Positions 25,944 to 36,377 of a DNA stretch of 64,000 nt are shown one piece after another (the stretch's first letter is position 1; every line of letters starts with the position of its first letter). The position numbers and the translations under genes were made by a program. Where the stretch lies: the IMG/VR virus record IMGVR_UViG_3300028393_000021; one strand, written 5' to 3'. The notes under the pieces are model-generated. The model ran no database searches. It saw only the letters and a program-made list of their open reading frames with translations, and was not told the DNA's origin. This DNA is from a virus.

Positions 25944-26554
25944 AATGTATTATACTCTTCAGGTTTAATTACATGATAATGAGATTCAAGACCCTTTGTG
26001 AAACCCAAATCAGTTGGCAAACTTATTCTTAAATTAATTGTAGGCAGGAACGCTTTAAGCCTATTTGATAGATTCTCAACATCGATATATTCATATGCAC
26101 CCATGCCATTAATATTTACGTAAACATGAATATTATTAAGTTTTTGTTTATTAATAAATGCAAGTGATTCCCAAATACTACCTTCAGCACATTCGCCATC
26201 ACTAATCATACAGTAGACAGATTTATCTTTATTAGCTAATGCATGACCCACTGCAATTGGAAGTCCAGAACCTAAACTGCCGGTAGAGCAATATAGTTTG
26301 TTCTCCAAATCTTTTCCTGGATGAATTCCATGCTTATGAAGGAGCATTACTGGATCAATTCCATATCTAAATTCAAGTTCACAATATAGTGCCAGCCCAG
26401 CATGTCCATTACTGAGGATGAATACATCATCCTCTTTCTTGATATTATAAATTTCATGAATGATGGGCCATGCACTAAGACAACTGCTTAGATGGCATAA
26501 TTTTTCTTGATATGTAATATCCACAATTCTCTTTTCAATTTGATGCATGATCAT
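25940..26554 (-). CDS. transketolase-like N-terminal TPP-binding subunit
   Basis: HLSSCLS, LSNGHAG, STGSLGSGL, SDGECAEGSIWE TPP motif. Confidence 0.88.
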   Translation of the reverse strand: MIMHQIEKRIVDITYQEKLCHLSSCLSAWPIIHEIYNIKKEDDVFILSNGHAGLALYCELEFRYGIDPVMLLHKHGIHPGKDLENKLYCSTGSLGSGLPIAVGHALANKDKSVYCMISDGECAEGSIWESLAFINKQKLNNIHVYVNINGMGAYEYIDVENLSNRLKAFLPTINLRISLPTDLGFTKGLESHYHVIKPEEYNTL

Positions 26555-27404
26555 CTTTCATTATTGTTTTATTAAACCAATTCACAATTTCTGGCGAAAA
26601 AAGTTCATCTAGTCTCGGCTTTCTTGCTCTGCCGCCTGGCGCAGAAATTGGATTCCCATGTGCCACATGATAACTTCTCATAGGTTTTCCATCTAGAATT
26701 ACTTGTCCATTAACTAGGCTACATGTATTTTCTCTACCTAAACTTGCACAATTATAATATCGCAAAAATTTAGTGCTTCTGTAATCATAGTCACCATCTA
26801 GTAATTTAGTCTTATATTTTCCACTGTGCCATAAAATATTTAGAGTATCATTTTCATACAATCGCAATTTTAATCCTAAGTCTCTCGTAACGTTGTAATA
26901 TTCATCCCAAAATTCTTTGCTTGTGCTTGCAACTAGGCCAGCTTGAACGTATTCAATTTCACTAACATACGGAATATCATATCCGTCTATTGTTTTCTTT
27001 TCTATCCCAACATTCATTTTTGCATTGTAGTTGCTACATGCTGCAATATCATAGTCTGCTTCTAAAATTTCATGGCATCTATCGAAAAAGTAAAAGTCTG
27101 CATCTACATTTACGACAAGGTCATACTGCTCATAAAGTTTTTTTGCAAAGGCAGCTTTACATGTACTGTGCATTATCCAAGGTTCTGATCCAAAGACTTT
27201 TGCAATATCATCATCTGTGTAGATTTTTAAATCGATATCAGGATGAAAATGTTTGAAACTTTTATAGAATCCTTTAAAGTCTACTACCGTATCTTTAAAG
27301 TCTTCTGTTATCCAGGCAAAAAAGACAGTCTTCATTTGATTACGACTTGAAAACGCGGAGACCATCCGCTTCATAATATTCTGTTTGATATCCAGCTTTT
27401 TCAA
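26535..27404 (-). CDS. GT-A fold glycosyltransferase (GT8-like)
   Basis: VVNVDAD DxD motif, QAGLV, ENDTLN. Confidence 0.65.
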   Translation of the reverse strand: MKKLDIKQNIMKRMVSAFSSRNQMKTVFFAWITEDFKDTVVDFKGFYKSFKHFHPDIDLKIYTDDDIAKVFGSEPWIMHSTCKAAFAKKLYEQYDLVVNVDADFYFFDRCHEILEADYDIAACSNYNAKMNVGIEKKTIDGYDIPYVSEIEYVQAGLVASTSKEFWDEYYNVTRDLGLKLRLYENDTLNILWHSGKYKTKLLDGDYDYRSTKFLRYYNCASLGRENTCSLVNGQVILDGKPMRSYHVAHGNPISAPGGRARKPRLDELFSPEIVNWFNKTIMKDDHASN

Positions 27405-28032
27405 ACACTTCTTTTAGTCTATTTCTATTGTCATGAGTATAGCCAGTTGATGTATTGTGAGATTCAATGAACCATGCACCAACTCTATCCTTTGTTTCTC
27501 CAATTGTCTGATCATTGATTGCAATCATTTCACTGCCTTCAATATCACACTTGATAAAATCAACATAATCTAATCCTAGCATGTCTAAAACAGATGATAG
27601 CTTTTTACCAGAAACAACAACTTCAGCGCCGTATCTATTTGCAATGCTATTCATTGTAGAGTTTTCTGTAGAGAGATATAATGTAATGTCGCCATCTTCT
27701 CCACTCAACGCAAGATTTTGCGGATGAATATTTGAATGTGCTTCTGTCAGTTCACTTAGAATTTCAAAGTGAGCAGGAGTTGGTTCTATTGCATAGATTG
27801 CTTTAGCACAATCTGATACATGCAAAGAAAATAGTCCAATGTTTGCACCAATATCTAAAATAGTTAGATCATTTCCTTTCGGAACAATGTCTGCGTACAT
27901 ATTTTTGATGTTCATCTGTCCAATAATAAAGTCTGCGTAATTAGTACCATTAGCAAAATGAGCATTGGTAGCGACATTTTCAGATTGAATTTCTATTGTA
28001 TTTCCTCGAATTGTATTAATTTGTCTTTTCAT
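27340..28032 (-). CDS. FkbM family methyltransferase
   Basis: LDIGANIG, FIKCDIEGSE. Confidence 0.88.
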   Translation of the reverse strand: MKRQINTIRGNTIEIQSENVATNAHFANGTNYADFIIGQMNIKNMYADIVPKGNDLTILDIGANIGLFSLHVSDCAKAIYAIEPTPAHFEILSELTEAHSNIHPQNLALSGEDGDITLYLSTENSTMNSIANRYGAEVVVSGKKLSSVLDMLGLDYVDFIKCDIEGSEMIAINDQTIGETKDRVGAWFIESHNTSTGYTHDNRNRLKEVFEKAGYQTEYYEADGLRVFKS

Positions 28033-28041
28033 ATTTTCCTA

Positions 28042-28866
28042 TTAGTTTGTGTATTCTAAAAATTCTTTGATACCGTCTCTTAATATGTATTTTGCTTCAA
28101 ACGCATATGCACTTTTGGCATATTCAGTGTCACATTTCCATACTTCCGATTCAAAGTTCTTACTTAGCGTATGCATTATATTAACATTGCCTTTGCGATT
28201 TGTCAACTCTTTAAAGATGTCGTAGACACCATTTTTGCCAAAATTAGGCGATTGTATTCCAGAACCTAGATTAATGATATCACCTGGATTCTTTTCAGAG
28301 TTAGCAATAATATTTAGACCACGAATAAAGTCATCAATGTAAATAAAGTCGTGATATCCTTGCCATAGTGTCATCTCTTGATCTTTAAAGAATGACCTCC
28401 ACATAGTAGGAAATAGTCGATGACTTCTTTCAAATCTTCCGTATACACTATATGGTCTTGCAATCTTTATGTCTAAATCATAATGTCTAGCATAACCTTG
28501 ACATAGTAATGTAGCAGCGCCCTTAGTTGCTTGATACATATCTACAGGATTTATCCTATCAGTTTCTGCACTTGCTCTAGGGACTTTTCCATATTCACTG
28601 CTTGACCCTATATATATCAGTTTAGTTTTTGGATTTAATTTAACGTACTCAAGAATATCTTTAGTCATAAGAACGTTAGTTGATATCATAAGATTATCTT
28701 TATAAATCTCACCTGCACAATGAAAAATTAAATCTGGACAACAATTATTTAATGCAGTCGATATACATTCACCACGTTTGTACTCGATAATAGTGTTTGT
28801 GGTATTGTAGTATCTAATTAAGTTTAGACCTATAAATCCAGTCGATCCTGTGATAAAGATTTTCAT
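28042..28866 (-). CDS. NAD-dependent epimerase/dehydratase/reductase (extended SDR)
   Basis: TGSTGFIG, GSSSEYG, YQATK. Confidence 0.88.
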   Translation of the reverse strand: MKIFITGSTGFIGLNLIRYYNTTNTIIEYKRGECISTALNNCCPDLIFHCAGEIYKDNLMISTNVLMTKDILEYVKLNPKTKLIYIGSSSEYGKVPRASAETDRINPVDMYQATKGAATLLCQGYARHYDLDIKIARPYSVYGRFERSHRLFPTMWRSFFKDQEMTLWQGYHDFIYIDDFIRGLNIIANSEKNPGDIINLGSGIQSPNFGKNGVYDIFKELTNRKGNVNIMHTLSKNFESEVWKCDTEYAKSAYAFEAKYILRDGIKEFLEYTN

Positions 28867-29525
28867 AATATAACGTGTTGAGAATATTCTTCAGCCAATT
28901 GCAATCGTCTACTTAATGACATTCCGGGCCAATGAATTAACAAATCCCCAGGTTTCCACATTCCTTCCCATGGAGGAGGCTGATAAATAACTCTTTCTTT
29001 ATACATAATTTCATAATCATATGAATTAAAAGTTTTTTGATGAACTATTTTTATAATATTGTTAAATTCTTTTAGATTATCAATCACACATTGTTGTTCA
29101 GCTAAACAATGAGCTTTATATTTTTCATAGTTTGATGCAATAAGGTCTATAAAAGATCTACCCTCTTGAGAATTTTTAACTAGAAAACTATCCATATTAA
29201 TTCCATTCACATCTTTTGCAATAATGAAATGAAAATTTTCATCGATAATTGATTCCAATTTTATATTAAAGTTTGTGATTATAGAATCACATCCTGTTAC
29301 CCACACCCAATCAGGATTGTCCTCATTAAAGATTTTCTGTAGATGATATATCTTTTTAAATCCATGAAATGATAATGAATGTGGGGTATTAGCTTCATTT
29401 TGATAGATGTTTAATCTAGTGTCGTATCCATGCTTAGCCGCATATGCAATTTTATTTTTATGCCAAGTTAAATTTCCTAAAGAAATATAATTGTCTGCAT
29501 AACAATTTTGCAATATAATTTTCAT
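28863..29525 (-). CDS. GT34 (GMA12/MNN10-like) glycosyltransferase
   Basis: YAAKHGY, WVWVTGCDSII, GINMDSFLVKN, HWPG. Confidence 0.7.
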   Translation of the reverse strand: MKIILQNCYADNYISLGNLTWHKNKIAYAAKHGYDTRLNIYQNEANTPHSLSFHGFKKIYHLQKIFNEDNPDWVWVTGCDSIITNFNIKLESIIDENFHFIIAKDVNGINMDSFLVKNSQEGRSFIDLIASNYEKYKAHCLAEQQCVIDNLKEFNNIIKIVHQKTFNSYDYEIMYKERVIYQPPPWEGMWKPGDLLIHWPGMSLSRRLQLAEEYSQHVIL

Positions 29526-30487
29526 GTTGTATGTACCTGATTGTTAATCCAGTTATACGTAGCAGTTAGTCCTTTTTTCAAATCTTGTGGTGGCTTCCAC
29601 TTTAGTTTTTCTTTAATTAAATCGTTATTACTATTTCTACCACGCACGCCTTGGGGGCCATCGATGTGTTTAATTTTTATATCTTTTTTTGCAATACTAG
29701 CAATTAATGTTACTAGGTCGTTGATTGAAATTAAATGATCTGAACCTAAGTTTACTGGACCATTGAATGTTTTATGTTTCATTAAACGCATAACGCCTTC
29801 AACACAATCGTCTATATAAAGAAAACTTCGAGTTTGTTCCCCATCGCCCCATACTTCAATTTCGTCCCCATCTTTTGCATATGCAATTTTTCTACATATT
29901 GCCGCTGGCGCTTTTTCTCTACCACCTTGCCATGTTCCATTTGGCCCAAATATGTTATGGAATCTTGCAACTTTATTCTCCATACCATGTTGACGATTAT
30001 ATGACATAATTAATCTTTCGGTGAATAGTTTTTCCCATCCATAATCACTGTCAGGGTGTGCAGGATATGCAGACGCTTCTCTGCAATCAGGATTTTGAGT
30101 ATCTAGCTGTAGTTCTTCATTATAGACACAGGCGCTACTACTGAAAAATACTTGTGGTACATTTCTTCGATGTGCCGCATCTAATACATTTAAATTTATA
30201 ATGGCACTGTTATGCATAACATCTGCATCGTATAAATTTGTATTAATATAGCCTGCGCCACCCATGTCAGCAGCTAATTGATATACTTCGTCAAATCCTC
30301 TATCAACAGCACTCCGGACTACGTATTGCTCTCTCAAGTCTCCGAGTAAAAAATCATCTGCTTGAGTTGATTCAAACTCACATTTTTTAATATCAACTCC
30401 ACGAACCCAATAGCCATTCTTTTTTAAACGATTAACAATGTGCCCACCAATGAATCCACCGGCGCCTAATACTAATGCTGTTTTCAT
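29522..30487 (-). CDS. GDP-mannose 3,5-epimerase-like SDR
   Basis: GAGGFIG, QLAADMGG, SSACVY, YGWEK, GREKAPAAICRK. Confidence 0.85.
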   Translation of the reverse strand: MKTALVLGAGGFIGGHIVNRLKKNGYWVRGVDIKKCEFESTQADDFLLGDLREQYVVRSAVDRGFDEVYQLAADMGGAGYINTNLYDADVMHNSAIINLNVLDAAHRRNVPQVFFSSSACVYNEELQLDTQNPDCREASAYPAHPDSDYGWEKLFTERLIMSYNRQHGMENKVARFHNIFGPNGTWQGGREKAPAAICRKIAYAKDGDEIEVWGDGEQTRSFLYIDDCVEGVMRLMKHKTFNGPVNLGSDHLISINDLVTLIASIAKKDIKIKHIDGPQGVRGRNSNNDLIKEKLKWKPPQDLKKGLTATYNWINNQVHTT

Positions 30488-30504
30488 TTTTTATCCTAAT
30501 AATT

Positions 30505-31461
30505 TTATATTATACTTTTTAATACTTCTTTGCAAGCCTCAGGCGACCAATCTTTTTGCATTTGTTCAATATTTTGAGCACCATTGAGAATTGCGTCTTT
30601 CAATGATTGTGCTGGGTAAGGTTGTACATATTTATGGATGTGTCTAAATGTAGTGTTAGAAGAAACTAATAACGGTGCGCCTGACATTACTACTTGATCA
30701 GTAGTCGCCGCCAATCCCGGCAGGTCTCTGGTATAGAAAAAACAATTTAACGTATTTTCTGCACACCAATCAATTAATTGGTCATCAGAAAAATAGTCAC
30801 GTGTAAATTGTAGTTCGATACCGACTTTTAAATTTGCTCTACATTGATCTTCAATCATTGTTTTGTAATCAGCACCAAAGTGTCTATTGACTGCAACATC
30901 TGCAAATGTTGACGGAGGAAGATTTATTCTAAGTATTGCTTTATCGAATTCATGAGAAACTGCTGCTGCAATTAAATGAAACCCTTTGTCAAAAGTTGCA
31001 TATCCAAAACTTCCAATTACAGGAACTTCTGGTATACTATCATAGTGTTTAATACTTCTAAAATTAGAAAGTGGACGAGAGAAAGCATGTATATTATTTT
31101 GTTTAGATTCAAATGTTGGATCTAAAACAAGAAACTCATCAAAGCCTTCAGGACGCATAAAGATAAAAGGATCATCTGCTGTCATCTCTAAAATTATACA
31201 AATCTTTTTGCCTGGTAGATTTACAAAATATCTGGAATCTACTCCTTCATGTAACCGCATAGTATTGTGATGGTAATTAAAAATATAGAAGTCATAAGGT
31301 TTATAATTACCGCTATGTAATGAATTAACATCTATATGACTAATTTCTTTATATGTTAGTTCATAGTCGACGCTGTCTTTTAATGCATTGTATATCATCA
31401 ATCCACTACTATAAATGCTACAATTTGCTTTTCTAGTATTAACAAACAATCCCTTTTTCAT
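30505..31461 (-). CDS. probable glycosyltransferase-like protein
   Basis: IGSFGYATFDKGF GT-B-like acceptor segment; located in the sugar cluster. Confidence 0.5.
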   Translation of the reverse strand: MKKGLFVNTRKANCSIYSSGLMIYNALKDSVDYELTYKEISHIDVNSLHSGNYKPYDFYIFNYHHNTMRLHEGVDSRYFVNLPGKKICIILEMTADDPFIFMRPEGFDEFLVLDPTFESKQNNIHAFSRPLSNFRSIKHYDSIPEVPVIGSFGYATFDKGFHLIAAAVSHEFDKAILRINLPPSTFADVAVNRHFGADYKTMIEDQCRANLKVGIELQFTRDYFSDDQLIDWCAENTLNCFFYTRDLPGLAATTDQVVMSGAPLLVSSNTTFRHIHKYVQPYPAQSLKDAILNGAQNIEQMQKDWSPEACKEVLKSII

Positions 31462-31476
31462 TATTAAATTCCTTAA

Positions 31477-32700
31477 TTATTTTGAAATAATTTCAAAAAC
31501 AGGACATGGTACGATAAAGGAACCACCTGCCTCTAGGAATGCTCGTTCTCTAGTTTGGAATTCACTGATAAAATGCCATGGAAGAACTAGTGCATAATCT
31601 GGATTTGCATCACGCATTTCTTCTTCGCTGATGATTGGAATATTTGTTCCAATCGTTTTGTATCCAAATTTGTACGGACTACGCTCTGCAATTGCAGCAA
31701 TATGGCTACTATCTAACCCAAAGTACTGTAACAACGTGTTACCTTTAGTACTAGCACCATACCCATATACCTTTTTACCTTCAGCTTTGGCTGTATTAAT
31801 AAACGAGTTAACATTATTTTTTAATGTATCAAGTCTAAGTTTGAAATCATCCCATGCTGCCGCACTCGAAATATCAACTACATTAGTTTCATAATTAAGA
31901 ATAGTTTCTACACGATAATCACAAACATCACGCAAAGGAGAAGTTCCAAAACTAGTAACTAGTGCAGTTTCTTTTTGGAAGTAAATTCTAAAACTACCAC
32001 CATTTGTATCATTAACGCTACAATCAACAACACGGAAACCATGTTGTGAAAATAGTTTATTGATGCTCTTTAGGTCATAATAATACACATGCTCATGACA
32101 GATATTATCAAATGCCAATTGATTCATCATCAATGGAGTATAACTCATTTGAAGAACAGCAACACCATCATCGTCAAGAATATCATACAAGTCTTGTACA
32201 AATGGATGTGGATTATCTAAATCATAAAACATCGCAATACAAGTAATAACTTTAGCTTTCTTATCTGCAAATGGTGTTTTGTTCCATGCATCCTTACTAA
32301 AGAAGTCTTGGACAACAGTGGCTACTTTACTGCTTTCAGCATAGAAAGATTCGTCACATGGATCAATACCCACTTTGGTTAAGTTGTTTGGTACAGCTTT
32401 TAACAATGTTCCGTCATTACACGCAATGTCAAGCCAAATATCATCATCTTTTAATTTAACTCTAGAAGTAATTTCTTTAACAATCCCCTGAAGTTCAATA
32501 GTCATGCTGGTATTAATAGCACTACGGTACCAATATTTGCCCCACATGGTATGTGCTGGCGCAATGTTCATTAATCGAGGAGCTCCTAGGTCTTCATCTA
32601 GGTATAGATCTAAACTATACTTTGTACGTCCCTCCATTTCGCTGTCTTCTTTAATAAAATCACTTACATAGTGATTGCCGAGTTCAAGTAATTTTTTCAT
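31477..32700 (-). CDS. NDP-hexose C-methyltransferase
   Basis: LDIACNDG, FDNICHEH, YGASTKG, LPWHF. Confidence 0.88.
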   Translation of the reverse strand: MKKLLELGNHYVSDFIKEDSEMEGRTKYSLDLYLDEDLGAPRLMNIAPAHTMWGKYWYRSAINTSMTIELQGIVKEITSRVKLKDDDIWLDIACNDGTLLKAVPNNLTKVGIDPCDESFYAESSKVATVVQDFFSKDAWNKTPFADKKAKVITCIAMFYDLDNPHPFVQDLYDILDDDGVAVLQMSYTPLMMNQLAFDNICHEHVYYYDLKSINKLFSQHGFRVVDCSVNDTNGGSFRIYFQKETALVTSFGTSPLRDVCDYRVETILNYETNVVDISSAAAWDDFKLRLDTLKNNVNSFINTAKAEGKKVYGYGASTKGNTLLQYFGLDSSHIAAIAERSPYKFGYKTIGTNIPIISEEEMRDANPDYALVLPWHFISEFQTRERAFLEAGGSFIVPCPVFEIISK

Positions 32701-32702
32701 AA

Positions 32703-33080
32703 TTAGTCCTTATAAGATTTTTCTTCAATTAGTTCAGAATTGCAAAGGATGTTTATTTCCTTTTTAATTTTGCTTCGTTTGTCATTCATTTTGAATATCA
32801 TTCTCGATGTTTCAAGATATTCTTCGCCGATGTTATTATCGTTTTCAAGTCGTCTAATATCTTCGCCACCGAACCATATTTTATAATTTACAGTAAGAAG
32901 ATCTTTTAGATGCTTGGCAAACTTTTCTTGAACATTTATAAATTCAGGTAAAGCAGTTAATACATCATATTCTTTTGTAATGTTTTTTAATTTATCAGCA
33001 TCGGTTATTTCCATAGATTTAATCTTAAGAACTGTGATCTTATCTACAAGTTCGCCGATGCTAGCGGGTACGTTAATCAT
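32703..33080 (-). CDS. DUF6165-like protein
   Basis: SIGELVDKITVLKIK...NDKRSKIKKEIN...EEKSY. Confidence 0.7.
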   Translation of the reverse strand: MINVPASIGELVDKITVLKIKSMEITDADKLKNITKEYDVLTALPEFINVQEKFAKHLKDLLTVNYKIWFGGEDIRRLENDNNIGEEYLETSRMIFKMNDKRSKIKKEINILCNSELIEEKSYKD

Positions 33081-33937
33081 TTGCGTTCGATATCCTCTTC
33101 AATACACTTATCACCATATTGAATTTCTATAACTCGTAATGGTAAATCAGTTTCATTGCATAGCTTGTGCCATTGCTCATTACTGATATGTAAATTTTGA
33201 AACTTATTAAAGTTACCAACTAATTCCATATCTGTACTAGCACTATCTAATGTGTATACTGTTGCAGTACCTTCAGCGACAAACCAATGCTCTGCTCTGT
33301 CTTTATGTTTTTGCATACTTAAACAAGTCTTTGGCATTACAGTTAATTCTTTAACTTTAATTTCTTTACCTTGCTCATGTAATACACGATAGTATCCCCA
33401 TTCACGAGAAGTTTTAGGAGCCTTCCATTCTTCAAGTATCCACGATGATGAATTCATTTTATTATCGCCACCGACACTAAATTCAAATGATACGCCTTCT
33501 ACAGACATCTCTGAAATATTCTCACTAGTCCTATCTCCACCATTAGCAAATACTATTTTTGATACTGGAAATTGTTTTTTAATTAGTTCAATAGCATTAA
33601 TGGAATTATTAGTGTCATCATTAAATTCAATGACATGGTCTACCATACTTAGATTGCTAATAATAGCAAAGCGTTCTTGCCAAGTATAAAATGCTCGGCC
33701 TTTTTTTCTTTTCAACCAAGCATCTGAATTAATGCCTACAACTAGTACATCGCCTAATGCTTTGGCAGCATTAAAATATGCAATATGTCCAGAATGTAAC
33801 GGATCAAATCCGCCAGTTACTATAATAACTCGTTCGTCTTTGGAAAGAAGCGTCCGCTCAAGTTTTCCAAAGTCTCTAACATAAACAGTTTTTCCTTTAT
33901 CAGGACTTTCGTATATTTTAGCTGTTGGCGATTGCAT
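33077..33937 (-). CDS. cytidylyltransferase-like (HldE/TagD type) + cupin (mannose-6-phosphate isomerase type II C-terminal-like) fusion
   Basis: TGGFDPLHSGH, NGGDR; REWGYY, SMQKHKDRAEHW cupin. Confidence 0.8.
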   Translation of the reverse strand: MQSPTAKIYESPDKGKTVYVRDFGKLERTLLSKDERVIIVTGGFDPLHSGHIAYFNAAKALGDVLVVGINSDAWLKRKKGRAFYTWQERFAIISNLSMVDHVIEFNDDTNNSINAIELIKKQFPVSKIVFANGGDRTSENISEMSVEGVSFEFSVGGDNKMNSSSWILEEWKAPKTSREWGYYRVLHEQGKEIKVKELTVMPKTCLSMQKHKDRAEHWFVAEGTATVYTLDSASTDMELVGNFNKFQNLHISNEQWHKLCNETDLPLRVIEIQYGDKCIEEDIERK

Positions 33938-34955
33938 GTTGTTGGGCTTTCATTTCAGTTTCACACATTTCAAAAACTAAATCTTTAAATGTGTAAGCAG
34001 GTTTCCAGTTTAACTTTGTGTGCGCTTTAGAGCAATCACCGAAGATATTCGGCACTTCAGCCCTGCGATAGAAATCTGAGTTTACTCTAACCACTGTCTT
34101 ACCTGTAGTTTTGTTAATGCCGATTTCATCTAATCCAGTACCTTGCCATTCAATTTCAAATCCAAGATATGTAGCAACATCATTACAGAAATCTCTAACT
34201 GAATGCTCTTCACCACTAGAGATAACAAAATCTTCAGGTGTGTCTTGTTGTAGGATCGCCCACATTGCAACAACATAGTCCTTGGCATGTCCCCAATCTC
34301 TACGTGCATCTAAGTTGCCTAATTCTAGAATGTCCTGGAGGCCAAGGTGTGTACGGATCATTCCCAGTACAATCTTACGTGTTACAAACTCTGATCCCCT
34401 ACGTGGGCTTTCGTGATTAAACAAAATACCATTACATGCATATAAATTAAAACTCTCACGATAATTTACTGTGATCCAATAGCCAAACAATTTTGCAACT
34501 GCATATGGGCTTCTTGGATAGAATGGAGTATTTTCTGTTTGTGGAATTTCTTTAACCTTGCCATACAACTCACTAGTTGACGCTTGATAGAATCTAACTT
34601 CCTTATGATCAGAAAGTTTCTTAACTGCTTCTAATAATTTTAAAACACCGATTGCATTTACATCGCCTGTATAAGTTGGGCAATCATAACTAACACTTAC
34701 ATGACTTTGAGCGCCTAAGTTATATACTTCATCTGGTTTAACTTTTAAAAGAATATCATTTAAATTAGCGCAATCTGTTAAATCACTATAGTGAAAATGT
34801 ATTTTATCTTTAATCGATTCAATGTTTGCAGTGTTTAATCCTGTGCTAGATCTACGAACCAAGCCATGAACTTCGTAATCTTTCTCTAGCAAAAGTTCTG
34901 CTAAGTAGCTTCCGTCTTGTCCAGTGATGCCTGTGATCAGCGCAATTTTTTTCAT
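33918..34955 (-). CDS. gmd: GDP-mannose 4,6-dehydratase
   Basis: TGITGQDGSYL, YQASTSELYG, PRSPYAVAK, NHESPRRG. Confidence 0.96.
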   Translation of the reverse strand: MKKIALITGITGQDGSYLAELLLEKDYEVHGLVRRSSTGLNTANIESIKDKIHFHYSDLTDCANLNDILLKVKPDEVYNLGAQSHVSVSYDCPTYTGDVNAIGVLKLLEAVKKLSDHKEVRFYQASTSELYGKVKEIPQTENTPFYPRSPYAVAKLFGYWITVNYRESFNLYACNGILFNHESPRRGSEFVTRKIVLGMIRTHLGLQDILELGNLDARRDWGHAKDYVVAMWAILQQDTPEDFVISSGEEHSVRDFCNDVATYLGFEIEWQGTGLDEIGINKTTGKTVVRVNSDFYRRAEVPNIFGDCSKAHTKLNWKPAYTFKDLVFEMCETEMKAQQHAIANS

Positions 34956-35073
34956 TTGTAATTCCTTTAATTATTTGCCTTTTGCGTCAGCGTGTTATAT
35001 TATATATGCTTTTTAAAGCCGCTGTCAATAAGATATTGGCTTTTAATAAAGAAAACCTGCCAAAGCAGATTAA

Positions 35074-35769
35074 TTATTTTACATAGAGAGCAGGAGGGTA
35101 TCTAGTTTGATAGTGATTAGTATTGTTATCGTGTGACTCATGGAAACTATATGCATTTGGCTTTCCTAAGCCGATCCAAAATTCTGCATCCATTCTATGC
35201 ATATAGCCATGCGGTCCAAAATTAAATTGACCAAAATAATTATTGTCTTCTGGCATCCGGAATGGCGGCAATTTTTTAATATAGCTACTAGTTGCCCACC
35301 AAAAATTTCCACTATAATGTAAATGGTGATAATCACCTCGCCATATTACTCCAGCAGTATCATATCCTTGATCTAATTTATCAACACAATCTTTCCATTG
35401 TGTAACATTAAAATACATCATTAAATCGCGCCAATCATCTACTGATGGATTACCCATATGTGTTATACCTTTCTGATGTATATATAACACATATGTTTCT
35501 TCAGAAACATTATCGCAATATTCTTTAAGACGTTTAAGTGTAGGGATTTCCCAATCTTCTGGTTTTATACGTTGATCAATATAAGATATATTTTTATAAT
35601 CTTTTAATCGATCCTTTAACCAATCATAGTTAGCAATGTCATAATTGCAATAAAAAAACAATTCACTATGATCTATAATACCTGAATTAACAATTGTATT
35701 AATTTGAGATTCAATAATAGGACGACCGACAGGAAAGTCGGTCATGTGATAAAATACCGCTAATTTCAT
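35074..35769 (-). CDS. hypothetical glycan-related protein
   Basis: YVLYIHQKG and HYSGNFWW motifs, of a type seen near glycosyltransferases in large viruses. Confidence 0.5.
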   Translation of the reverse strand: MKLAVFYHMTDFPVGRPIIESQINTIVNSGIIDHSELFFYCNYDIANYDWLKDRLKDYKNISYIDQRIKPEDWEIPTLKRLKEYCDNVSEETYVLYIHQKGITHMGNPSVDDWRDLMMYFNVTQWKDCVDKLDQGYDTAGVIWRGDYHHLHYSGNFWWATSSYIKKLPPFRMPEDNNYFGQFNFGPHGYMHRMDAEFWIGLGKPNAYSFHESHDNNTNHYQTRYPPALYVK

Positions 35770-35864
35770 TTTTACTTATTTCTTTTTCCTAATAACTTGT
35801 GTAGCAAGTCTTTCCATTAGGGTTAGATTTTTACATGACATAATTTTTTTATTGAAATGACGGA

Positions 35865-35944
35865 CTCCTTAGGGATTGAATATAGCCTCCGCCTAGCCGA
35901 TGTAGTTTTTCACTACCCCAAGCCGCTATGCAACTTTAGCCCTA
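35865..35944 (-). ncRNA. candidate structured RNA abutting a Shine-Dalgarno
   Basis: Nested helices TAGGG/CCCTA, ATAGC/GCTAT, GCTTGG/CTAGGC, GTAG/CTAC, then AAGGAG. Confidence 0.35.
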
Positions 35945-35957
35945 CAAGATATAATAT

Positions 35958-36104
35958 TTAATCAATCCGGCTGTAGTTAAGTACAGTACCTGAACCATAT
36001 TGTGATTCGGCAATCATTTTGGCTTGCCAATCATTATCTGCATTAACCACAACATTGGCGGTTTGATATTGATTAAGTCTAATCCAAACTGTATATTTGT
36101 ACAT
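35958..36104 (-). CDS. small hypothetical protein (48 aa, MYKYTVWIRL...)
   Basis: AAGGA SD; translated by hand. Confidence 0.65.
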   Translation of the reverse strand: MYKYTVWIRLNQYQTANVVVNADNDWQAKMIAESQYGSGTVLNYSRID

Positions 36105-36113
36105 GATAAATCC

Positions 36114-36320
36114 TTACTTTACTAGTTGAATGTTTTGAGCCTGTTTTCCATTTTTACCATCGATGATTTCAAATTCTACAAGATCGTCTGGTTTCAAACT
36201 TTTGTATCCCTCTATTTGAATTTGACTATAATGTGCAAACACATCATCGCTACCCGATTCTGGAACAATAAATCCAAAACCTTTGGAATTATTAAACCAT
36301 TTTACCTTACCTTTTACCAT
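36114..36320 (-). CDS. cold-shock protein (CspA family)
   Basis: [14 protein letters not shown] (RNP1), DVFAHYS (RNP2). Confidence 0.95.
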   Translation of the reverse strand: MVKGKVKWFNNSKGFGFIVPESGSDDVFAHYSQIQIEGYKSLKPDDLVEFEIIDGKNGKQAQNIQLVK

Positions 36321-36377
36321 ATTACTTTGCCTTCTTTATGTATTTATTATACTGTGTTTTAGTCAACTTGTCAACCA

